The translations under genes and the position numbers were made by a program. From positions 10,912,001-10,976,000 of the forward strand of contig JBHGNT010000017.1 of NCBI GenBank assembly GCA_043228905.1: DNA of 64,000 nucleotides, given 5' to 3'. This DNA is from Azolla caroliniana (lineage: Eukaryota; Plantae; Polypodiophyta). How positions within the stretch are numbered: position 1 is the first letter of the stretch; each line of letters starts with the position of its first letter. Positions 24,288 through 35,141 of the stretch are shown in pieces. The notes under the pieces are model-generated. The model had not been told where the DNA came from. It saw nothing but the letters and a program-made list of their open reading frames with translations, and ran no database searches.

Positions 24288-25692
24288 CCGCGTAAGTTGA
24301 TTTTTGTGAAAAACTTGGCGCCATTAATCCTTTCTAGAAGACTCGAGATCAAGGGAAGTGCATACCTATTCTTGATGGTGACCTTATTCAATCCACGGTA
24401 ATCCACGACTAGAAAAAGTGAGCCAACATTTTTCTTGACGAAGACTACGGGTGCACCGGCTGGAGATTTTGAATGTCGAATGAACTTGTTTGCCAAATTT
24501 TCCTTTACATAAGCTTGAAGAACTTCAAGCTCTATTGGTGACAAGTTGTAGATTGGTCCCCATGGTGGCTCTTTTCCCGGTTGTAAATCAATGGGACAAT
24601 CATATGGTCGATGATGAGGAAGAGTACTCGATTTTACCTTATCAAAAACGTCGGTGTAATGGTGATACTTTTTTGGGTGTTGAATTGTTGACTCCTCCTT
24701 AGCGGTGTTGGAAGGTTTCACTGATACTACGAATACAAACATTGATTCTGTGTGTCCTTCCTCACGCAGTTGATTTGGCGAAATGGTTGAAACCTTATGA
24801 GTAGATTCTTTGGGTTGTCGATACCTTATTTCTCTTGTTCTCCAATCTATATTCTGGATTGTGTAATTCGAGCCATGGTAACCCCGAAACAATGGAATGT
24901 TCTGGACTACTAATTATATTAAACGATACTGCACACGCCAAATTATCTAGGACAATACTAATTGGCTCTGACTCTTCTATGATATTTCCAAAAGCAATGG
25001 GATGACCATCAATGGCTGCTACAGATGTTGGGCAGGGAAGTTTTCTTAGGGATATCTGATGAGCTTGCGCAAAATTCCTATCCATGAAGCAAGAATTAGC
25101 TCTAGAATCTAAGAGTGCTAAGATATGTACTGGAGGGGTGCTTTTAGTACTAATTGTTACTTGAGCTAAGAACACATTGCTATCTTGCTTAAAGGGAATG
25201 GAACCACTAATGGGCTACACAGATCTAGGGTTGTCCAACCAAACAACTCCTATTTTGGCTAGACTTAGTCGTTTAACTCTTCTTCTAATTCATTAAGGAC
25301 ATCAAATTTGTTCGATAGACTTGGGCTATTAGTACTATTAGGAATATCAGATATTCCTACGGAAATAGACTCAGGTTTAGTACAATTAGTACTAGCGACT
25401 ATTTGGTTTACCTGTCTTCTAGGCCTATGGGGACAGTTCACTGCAATATGCCCCGATCCACCACAATAAAGACATAGTCGAATTGCTCGGCGTCGTTGCT
25501 TTTTCTCTTCCGATAATGGTCCGCAACGACGTGTGGTGTCGATTTCCATCGGAGTTGGAGTATTTGTTGGAGATGCATTATATGACTCCCTTGGAAAAGG
25601 TTTTGCTACAACTGAGGCGTAGGTGGGCTCTGATCTTGTCCTTGGCATTTGGAACTGACGTTTCGAACGTCGTTCGAAAAGACGGTTATCGC

Positions 25693-27085
25693 ATCATAGA
25701 GTGATGGAAGAAGGATATAAGAGAACACGAGAAGAAAGGAACGAAATGCTAAGAGAAGAATGGGTGTATTATGATAGTGAAAGAAAGAATGGATACAAGA
25801 TATGTAATGAGCGTTGATTTGAATTGATTTCAGAATACATGTATACCCTTATTTATAGGTTCTTATAGAATAGCTTAGAGATTTCTATCTAGAACATTCT
25901 AGAATGATCAAGAGTTTTTACAATAAGCAATGTAATACAAAAAGTAGCTTTCATCCTCTCATATGAGAATAAGCTATCTTAATGGTTGAGGTTTTCAATT
26001 ATGGATTACAAGGTTCGAGGTTCAAGTACAGATGACGCCATAATGGTCATGTGTTCATGACACTATCCCTCCTTGGAGAACATCAACTACCTTGTATTCG
26101 GGGTTGTCAAGAAGGCGGTGGTGGTACAACACGATTAGGAATTAAAGAGGTGCAACAAGGTTCCAAAAGAGAGCTATGAAAGACTGGGTGAAGCCACATA
26201 TGTGTAGGAAGGTTACGATGAAATGTTGCATCATTAATCCGCGTTGTGATGACATAAGGACCTAAGCGTTGATAATCGAGCTTAGAAAACGAGCGGGTAG
26301 TCTTGATGTGACGACGAAGGAACCATACTCGGTCACCAACCTTAAGAGGAGACTTAAGAAGATGCTGATTGGCATTGGTCTTATGGTGTGCTTGCGCTTT
26401 TTGAAGATGTGAAGATAACTCAAACTGGATTTGTTGTAGTTGGTGGAGGTGATGCGCCACACTAGGGTTTCGTGACACCTCAGGAAGATCCAGGATACAC
26501 CATCGAGGGTGGTTGCCAGTGTAGGCAAAAAAAGGTGTAACTTTGGTAGAAGAGTGTACCGTGTTGTTGTAAAATATTACTCCAATCATCTTGTTGATAA
26601 CTGATGAAGCATCGAAGATACTGCTCGAGCGTTTGATTTGCGCGCTTTGTTTGTCCGTCAATTTGTGGATGATAAGCCGAAGAGAATTTGCAGGAGATTT
26701 TGAGGCCTGCCCATAAGTGCTTCCAAAAGTGTGAGATAAATTGAGGACCTCGATCGCTAATAATATCAGTTGGGGGACCATGATGGCAAAACACCTCATG
26801 CATAATGAGATTTGCAGTTTCTTCACTACTAATGGTCTTTACACACAGTACAAAATGTGCCATCTTTGGGAATCGATCCACTACTATTAAAATACTATCA
26901 AAGCCTTTGGAAGGTGGTAGATCAATAATGACATCCATAGAAATAGTCTGCCATGGCTTGCTGGGAGGTGGTAATGGTTGTAGTAAGCCATAAGGATGAT
27001 GCGTGGCTATTTTGGCACGACAACCTGTGTCACATGTATGAACGTAATATTCGACAAATTTTTGCAAGTGAGGCCGCCAGTACGA
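25693..27085 (-). mobile_element. 3' part of a Tcn1-like gypsy: integrase 27085-26100, PPT ~26063-26075, LTR ~25693-26062
   Basis: PYGLLQPLPPP..PWQTISMD, IISDRGPQF, SSAYHPQIDGQT and HPVFHSSLLEP, then AAGGAGGGATAG-TGTCATGA on the minus strand. No chromodomain is visible (probably deleted). Confidence 0.85.
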
Positions 27086-27835
27086 ACGTCCCCCTTATAG
27101 CCATAGGCATATACTTGTTACTTTCTCTCTCTCTCTCTCACACACACACATATTTACTACCACCTAGTTCTTTAATCATTATGAAATGAACCCTGCCCCC
27201 CTTGCCATTCCGCTAGCGTGTTGAATCGATCCTTCGTACCGATGGCAAAATCCAACAAAAAGGAGAAGGCAAAGCACCCACCCAAACCAAAAATAAGAAA
27301 AAAGGAAAACACTTTACTTAACCCATCCATAAAAGAAGGCATTTATGCAAAGGCAGGCAGGCAGGCAGGCAGGCAAGCATTCCTTCCGTAGTAAAAAGAA
27401 AAAGCAACAAACAGAAAAAGGAGAGAAGAAGAAACAAAGACACGAGAAGAAAGAGGGGGGAGAGAGAGAAAGGAATAAAAAAGAGCGAAGGATGACAGCC
27501 ACCAAGACGAGAGCAGCAGAAGAGACAGACAGGGCTTGCAGACACGCACACATACAACATAGAGATTGAGTGAGTGAGTGAGTGAGCTCGCATGGAAAGC
27601 TCCAGATCGCAATGTTTGACAAGGTACATTCATCATCTATAGGAACCTAACAGTAAACGAAGGATGAGTACCCAATTTTAAGCAAGCCCTCAAGTGACAC
27701 ACATTCAAGTAAGCATACACGCACTACCTCTTTGGATGAATGAAGCAATCAAGCAACCTATCCCTCCCAAATTCCAATACATACATGAAGCAGATATGGG
27801 AGCTCTACTGTAGATGGTTTTGAAGCGGGGAGAAA

Positions 27836-29232
27836 ATGCCAAGTGTAGCTGTAAAGTTATACAGCGCATACTTCAAGACACGGTTGAAGCAGAAGCTTCA
27901 GAAGCAGAGCAGCAAGATTGGTGGTGGTTCCGGAGAGAAATGGGTGGCAACGTCGTCCAGAGAAGATGAGCAGATTGCCCATGTCTGTGGATCTGCGGAT
28001 GGAGTCCCTGCGCATGCCACTTTTGTGGATGGTGTTGCAAGTAAGGACATGAACATTGACACGCTCTCCAAGATCTCTTTGAGAATTTTCCTACCTCAAT
28101 CTGCCCTCCCCCAGGCCCGGGAAGAGGAGGAGGGATCAACAACAACAACAACAACAACAACAACAGCGGCCGTCTTCTTCCAGCACTTGAAGAAGAAGGA
28201 AGTTTCTAGTGAATGTGCCGCTGCCCAAGAAGGGAATAATAGTGTCCAATTGCAACAACTGAAACCCTCCCCCCATGAAACTATGTCAAGCCGTGGAAGT
28301 GATGGAGGGCAGCAGCGCATGAAGAAGAAGAAGAAGAAGGATTTGAGTAGTAGCTGGGGAGGTGAAATATTGAGGAGGAGGTCCATTGGAAGAAGGCTGG
28401 GTTATGCAAGCTTGAACGCAGATACATTTCAGAATATTGAGGAAGAAAACCAACTCATTGGAGCCATACTAGATGATGATGATGATGATGATGATGATGA
28501 TAATGATGATGATGCACATTGCCCTTTTGCCAACAGCTACATCAAACCCTCAGACATCAAACCTTGCAGAGATTCTGTTACTTATAAAGGATACCTTCCA
28601 GACTTGGCTGTGGACAATCACAAGAAACTTCCCATTATATTGCAGTTTCATGGTGGGGGTTTCGTATGTGGAAGCAAAGATTCAGCAGCCAACGATCTTT
28701 TCTGCCGACGAATGGCGAAGTTATGTGATGCAATCGTGATCGCCGTCGGTTACCGCCTCGCGTTAGAGCATAAGTATCCCGCAGCTTTTGATGATGGGTT
28801 TGAAGCATTGAGCTGGCTAGCCAAGCAGGCAAACCTTGCAGAGTGTAGCAAGTTGCTCCGCCGATCTATGTCAGGGTCCTTTGCAAAGAGACGGTCAAAC
28901 CAGAAGGAATTGATCGATACATTCAGTGGATCCATGGTAGTAGAATCATGGCTCGCAGCTCACGCAGATCCATCGAGGTATTAAGCTATATGTTATCTTA
29001 AATACATTGCGTGCATAATAAGGTGACACACTATCTATCATTCTCGATCCTTGGGTTTGTAGAAAGTAAAAGAAGGAAACATCCACCCATTGATTTTCTT
29101 ATAATGAGTAAAACATTCCTCCGTCTAGATACTTACAGGTCATGATCTTATATGGCTTCGAAGCACAAGTACTACCACTACACCTTCATGTTTACACATT
29201 TTGAAATATACAGATTTAATGTGTTAAGATCA

Positions 29233-29273
<41 letters not shown>

Positions 29274-29991
29274 AAGCAAGAATTAGTTTGATAAAAGCGG
29301 TGGGGGGCAACTAAAGTCTTGTATAAAGGTCAAGTGTTTCACATTGTGTTTTAGCTTATAATGTGTTGTTGCAAACACCCGGGTTTTTGAGTTTGAAGGG
29401 CTATCTGAATCATGAGATGTTTCTTCCTCTTCCTCTCCCCCCCGTCCCCCCAGGTGTGTGCTATTAGGCATGAGCTCGGGAGCAAATATTGCCGATTTTG
29501 TTGCAAGGAAGGCAGTTCAGGCAGGAAGGTTGCTTGAGCCTGTAAAAGTGGTTGCACAAGTTCTCATGTATCCTTTCTTCATTGGTTCCGTGCCTACACA
29601 ATCAGAGATCAAGCTCGCAAACTCTTATTTCTTTGACAGACCTACATGCATTATGGCATGGAAACTTTTGTTTGGCGAGAAAGATTTGAATCTAGATCAT
29701 CCTGTGGCAAATCCACTAGTGGAAAGGAGGGAGCCACCACTGAAACACATGCCCCCAACACTGACAGTGGTAGGGGAGCTCGACTGGATGAAGGAGCGAG
29801 CCATTGCGTACTCGGAAGCTCTGAGGAAGGCTAACCTTGATGCCCCTGTATTAGAGTACAAGGATGGAGTCCATGAGTTTGCAACTCTGGACATGCTAGT
29901 GAAGTCAAGACAGGCCGAGGCCTGTGCTGAAGACATGACCATATGGGTTAAGAAATATATATCCCAAAAGGGTCATGAGCTCTCCTATTAG
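27836..29991 (+). CDS. Carboxylesterase, alpha/beta-hydrolase (HSL/GID1-like family), CXE11/CXE16 type; exons 27836-28977 and 29454-29991, 559 aa
   Basis: N-terminus MPSVAVKLYS, HGGGF oxyanion motif, and a GT-AG intron 28978-29453 joining ADPSR/CVLLGMSSGANIA in frame. Catalytic Ser (GxSxG), Asp (ELDWM) and His (VHEFATLD) are present. C-terminus GHELSY. Confidence 0.95.
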
Positions 29992-30439
29992 GCACAGAAA
30001 CATGGTGGTTAACCCACCATCTATTATCATCATGTAAAGGATGTTCTTTGCCTTGCTTGTCTCAAGCAAAGATGCATGCGAGTTTCCATAATAATGTGTA
30101 AATCCATCCAGTCTTGGGATGATTCCACCCATCCTTCCTTTAGGCTTTATTTGGATCTGTTCTCGTTTTTATTCTAATAAGAAATTCCAAATTCTAAGCC
30201 CCAAACTCATTGTTTGTCTCTTTGAAAAATGTGCCATCTGTTGTGTGTGTGTGTGTCTCTCTCTCCAGACACACACACACACACACACATGTTTGGGGGG
30301 TCTTTCTTGTCTCTCAGAACGGGTTTGTAACTTTAGAAATTTCATGTTGCTGTTTGGGAGACATGTCCGGAGAATGCAAAAAAATTTAGGATTTGGGCAC
30401 TTCAACTATGCAGCGTACACTATATAAACGTAGATATCC

Positions 30440-31631
30440 TCTTCTTCGTTTTTTCATGGCATGTTGTAAAGAAGTCGACTGCGTGATTTGTCGTATGGAC
30501 CTCCTTAATGCATGTTCCACTGATGCTTTTTTTTGTTTTCATGAACTTGATGATCACCTTGCACCACATGATTCGTCCATTTCCCATTTCACTCCACTCT
30601 TCAAAAGCATGCCTAACAACCATTTTTCTAAACAAATAAGCTTGATCACAAGGCCATTCACTTTTCCTTTTTTAAGGAGTTACAATGTCCTACTAAGTCA
30701 ATGTGATTAGTGTTGAGGCACTTGCAAGTAAGACAATAATATCCAATACATGTTAGTGGTGGATTCCTCTCAAGTAGATCCATTTAACACCCAATTAAAG
30801 TGTAGACATTTACAAATGGTCAACAATGCCTTAAGAACCTCTACGACTCCGCAACTCAAATAAAATTGTCATACAATGTGTTTTGGAGATAGCTTGGACC
30901 TTCTCCCCCAACAACTCAAGCAATTTTGGAAATGGTTGCGGGGCATAAAAATGAGTACGAAAGTTGTATGTTCTAGATTGTTGTTGATTCATAGAGCTAT
31001 ACAATTTAATGTTTGGATGAAAGGGGTGAATGTAGACAATATGTGTCCTTTTTGTATAAATGTACTGGAGACTACTAAACATGGTTTGTGGAGTTTTGAT
31101 TTTGCGATTGAAGTATGAAAAAGAACTAAAACAATGCTAATACTATTATCTCCTCAAGGAGTGAATGTATACATGGGTGGTGGTCCATTGCAAAAAACAA
31201 TCATACCCTTGAATGCACAAATAGAGATTGGTAAACCTGAAATATAGTAATTGGTAAGTAGTATCAATATTTGGTATATTTGGAAGGCCAAATGTTTGCA
31301 GATATTTCAAAATGTGACAAGGAAAACCTACTTAGGTAATTACTCAGATTTAGATAGAGATTGTGGGTAATTTTAAAGGTTCTTTGGATAACATAAAAGG
31401 TAATATGCAACGGGAAGAGTTACAACAGTTAGAGTTTCATGCAATATGGGACACATAAATATTTTTTGAGCAAATTTTTGACAAGATGGAGTGGTTTTAC
31501 TCTACATTCATGTATTTATTTAAGCCTATTGTTGGAACTTAACACGGGGGTAGTTACCTATATGTACATATTTCATATACAATCGTAGTCTGTTTCTTAA
31601 TACTGATGTCATATCTTTCTTGGTGAAAAAA
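30440..31631 (+). mobile_element. Degenerate 3' end of an L1-like LINE
   Basis: zf-RVT-like FWKWL...CPFC...ETTKHGLW at 30876-31118, followed by WYIWKAKC-type sequence and a short A tail. The left boundary is uncertain. Confidence 0.65.
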
Positions 31632-31643
31632 CATTTGTGATAG

Positions 31644-32070
31644 TTTTTTTTTTTTTTTTTACCAAAAAAACATTACTTCACATTAGTTAGCAAACAAAGT
31701 ACATCAAAGTTCAACCACATCCAGCAAAACTCACACTTCTCCCCACAAAACTAATCATAATCCCCACCCCCTCACTTACAACAAAGTATCCCACCGACTC
31801 TTTTTACACGGTAACTTACTTGTACCGTAGCTATACATATTTACATCTCCTGCCCACTAATGGAAGCCATTGGCGGAAACAACCATCTGGGTGCTTGGTA
31901 GTTCTATTTAGGCCATAATGATGATTTGACCATCATAGGAGAACCACCCCATTTCAACAGGAACTTTGACCGAGCCCTTTCTACTTCATCTGAGTCCCCT
32001 TGAATCGAATCGTATCATCAGCGCAACCAAGATACTAGCTCGAACCACATGTTTAGCAACACCCCTACTT
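31644..32070 (-). mobile_element. 5'-truncated LINE tail with poly(A)
   Basis: T-run at 31644-31660 is poly(A) on the minus strand. The translation MWFELVSWLR..YDSIQGDSDEVERARSKFLLKW...PRWLFP resembles the end of the adjacent LINE ORF. Confidence 0.55.
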
Positions 32071-32099
32071 CTTCATCTATGGCCTCCATTGGTTCTCGA

Positions 32100-33145
32100 G
32101 ATGTCATCTGGAACAACTCTGTTTCATTGATATGCTTTGCTCTGACTTCTTGGTCTTGATCGGGACAATCCTAGATACCTTGGATCCTCATTTTGATGAA
32201 GTTCACTTGTTCAGGGTCCTTCTCCAATGCAACATAGTTCTAGAACATCTTTAATGCACATGTTGTAATAGTACCTGATAGTAGAATGGAATTGCACATG
32301 TTACAAAAATTGAATACTAATCTATACGTTAATCTAAATTAATGTGATAAGACTTATATTATATACCTATGCCGGAGAAGAAATCTATAACCCAATAATC
32401 TGGGTTTGAAATCAACTCGATTAGGCGGTTAATTAATCTTTGGGGTATCTTTGGGGTTTCTGATAGGGGTTCATGAGACTCTTACCGCTAGATACATGAT
32501 TTAGTTTCTTCATCACAGCTGAACACATAATATAGTTGAGAATTTTTCTTTCATTCACATGTGCCCAAGCCTTCTTCTTTGTAATTGCACCGTAATACCC
32601 CACGCAAAGATGTTCCAATGCACTAACCATTCGATCTCCCGGGCTATGTGTGACATTTGTTTTAATCCTATTTACATTATACAATAATGTTCATAATACA
32701 TTTTGCAAATATTAAAACAACATTTATAATAATAAAAATAAAAACAACTTGTAACTTACCAATGCATATGTTCAGTTGCATGACATCACTCCTTCCAAGC
32801 AGTTGTGCTTGACAATGATTGACCCATGCTATGAAATATTACAATCCTCCATAATGGTGCAAGGGTCAGATCAACGAAGTCTTTTACCATCTTTTCAATT
32901 TGGGGGTACTTATACGGTACATCATCGTACATGGATCTCGTGATTCGGAATCCATATGGTATGTCAACAATAAGCAATGTACAGTGCCTCTTTGGTAATA
33001 TGTTAAGCATATTACCTACTTCCCCATTAAATACATTATTATAATTGCAGAAAACTTTTGACAGTCTCTGAATCTTCAGGTACTTTCGTCATTTTCTTTT
33101 CATACTTTGCATGTTCCAAGTGCATAATAAACGAGCTTGGAATGT
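32100..33145 (-). pseudogene. Beta-class N6-adenine/N4-cytosine DNA methyltransferase, catalytic exons (33145-32760, 32667-32367, 32274-~32100)
   Basis: Motif IV LLIVDIPYG (32954-32965), then HW/IKTN...R....EHL, NPYQKP.RLINRLIELISNPDYWVIDFFSGI/GT (motif I) and VALEKD. Two GT-AG introns restore the frame. Lesions: TGA at 32786, an 11-bp duplication at ~32440 and two TAGs. Confidence 0.85.
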
Positions 33146-35141
33146 TGTTGTAGGTTTTAGGGTTAGGGTTAAGGACGACGATGATGATGAATGATAACTA
33201 TGATGATTGGTAATGAAGATGGACATGGTGATGGAGAGTATGATGGTGAGAGAGATCATATAGAGAAGCATTGCGGGGTGGGGGGTGGTGCCTAGAATGG
33301 CTCCACCCCCCTCCCAAGGGGGTTCAACGTGAGAGAGGGAGAGAGAAGAGAAAAGGTGTCAAAGAGAGAGAGATTAGAGAGAAAATGTTCATTCATGTTT
33401 CATTCATTCCCCATAAGGGGTTAAATAGTAGAAGAGGGGGTAGATACATAGGGGTGTAGGCCCCCTCGAGCATTCATACTGGACACTCACTCACACCTCC
33501 TCGTATCCATCCACATGCACACACGTGTGCATGTGTTCACATACGTATCGACTCACAATTACATTTATGCCTCCTACACATACACAACAACATCATGATA
33601 ACATTCGACCCTTGATCATCACACTTGACTCTCCGTACATCTCGTACGGGGTAACACAATATGGCAAGCCCGTGGGAAAGTGCCTTGCACGTCGATCCCA
33701 CGTGCCTTGATGATGATATTTCTTTGACCGGAACTTCCATCGGTCCTTTCAACGATCGACTCCCTCGATCGGAGTGCTTGACTCGAACATCTTTGTCGGT
33801 TAGCAAATCTTTCCGCGACACGAACATTCTCATTTTGTCGGCTTACGAACTTCGTCATGGGTTCAAAATCATGTCGTGTGTATGTATGTTCTTCCTTTGT
33901 TTTGAGTGTGTGAGTAGTCTTGGGGATTTTCAAAATTTTGGTGGTGCCCTCTTGTTTTTTAAAATGTTATATTGTACCCTCATGTGTTTAAAATTATGCT
34001 TGATACCCCTCAAATGTTTTAAAATTTCATGGATGCCCTCATCTCCTTTTTTCCCTCTCTCTCGTATTTCTATTTGGTCTTGTTATGATTTGAGTTTTGC
34101 TTTTAGGTCGTTTTTCCTTCGCTTTTGTGTTTGTCTTCTTCTCTGCTTCTTACATTTCTCTCTTGCCGTTGTCTGCATCTTTCTCTTCTTCCCTCCTTCT
34201 TGCGATTCGTTAGCTTTCTTCTCTTCAAGAGAAAGGCTTCTATCTTCCTCTTCATCCTCTTCCAATCTATTTGATCTCTGTCTATTTGTCTTAGTTCATG
34301 CTCATCTTGTTATCTCTTTCTCCCCTATGTTTCTTCTTCTTCTTCTTCTGTGTTGTTTCGAGCCATTTCTTCCTCCGCTCGTCGACCTGCTCTCCGTCGT
34401 TGTCATTGTCTCCTTCGCTTTTCGCGGCTCTGTTGCCGGCTACGTCGCTTTTCGGTGTCAATGTCCCATCATCTGGTTGTTGCCGTTGCCGTTGCCATTG
34501 CCATGGTTGTACATTTCGACTATCATCTCTGTCACTCTTTGACTCTGTTTGGCCGTCGTCCCGCTATTTGTCCGTCTCCATCTTGTTACCCGTTCCTTTG
34601 GGTGAACACCTTCGATAGATCTGCGTCTATCGGTCTTCAAGGGCATGGTACGTGAAGGCTCGTATAGAGGCGTCGAGAGAGATACAGGGCTCAGAGAGAA
34701 AACACTAGCGAGGTTTTGATAGACGTGGCGGCGTGAAACTCATAGGTATAGATCGAACCACAGACTGATGCAGCAAAAATAGGCACAATTAAGATATATT
34801 ACTATGGCTGAAAAGATTACAGAACACGGCCTATGGCCGGTGACCTTACGAGTGTATCTAATTACGAATGACCAAGCTAGTGCTTCCACCTATATTTTCT
34901 TCTCTCTCTCCCTTTTTTCTGAGGTACTGCTCCTCGTTTAAATAACTTTTCCCCTAACACACAACCGAGCCATCGGTGGCCCGTGATACTTGGACTCGGC
35001 GTTTGCTAATTTCCTAATTTTACATTTCTGTCCTCTGGACAACACCTGGCACGCCCGTGGGACAGGACCTTGTCCGTCGGACCCACGACTTACAAAATAC
35101 TACAATATTACAAAAATTACCTTTTAGGCGTGATCCTCGTT

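Larger units (their letters stand above)
21090..25692 (-). mobile_element. Tcn1-like chromovirus fragment (gag end, protease, RT), interrupted by 21212-24287
   Basis: CLYCGGSGHIAVNC, ALLDSRANSCFMD and LPHHRPYDCPIDLQPGKEPPWGPIYNLS. RT reads FFTKINLR at 24290 and resumes GAYNFVRIR...[20 protein letters not shown] at 21210-21090. Confidence 0.88.

Noticed and set aside
27836-29991. GID1 gibberellin receptor
   Set aside because: It retains the catalytic His and has the MPSVAVKLYS...GHELSY signature of the CXE11/16 clade rather than the GID1 N-terminal lid.
33153-33172. TTTTAGGGTTAGGGTTAAGG telomere-like motif (also 45618)
   Set aside because: Only 2-3 units at an LTR start, so a telobox-like motif at most and not an interstitial telomere.
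33661-34542. 293-aa hydrophobic ORF that looks like a membrane or env protein
   Set aside because: Explained by T/C-rich low-complexity composition (F/L/S/C), with no recognisable domain.
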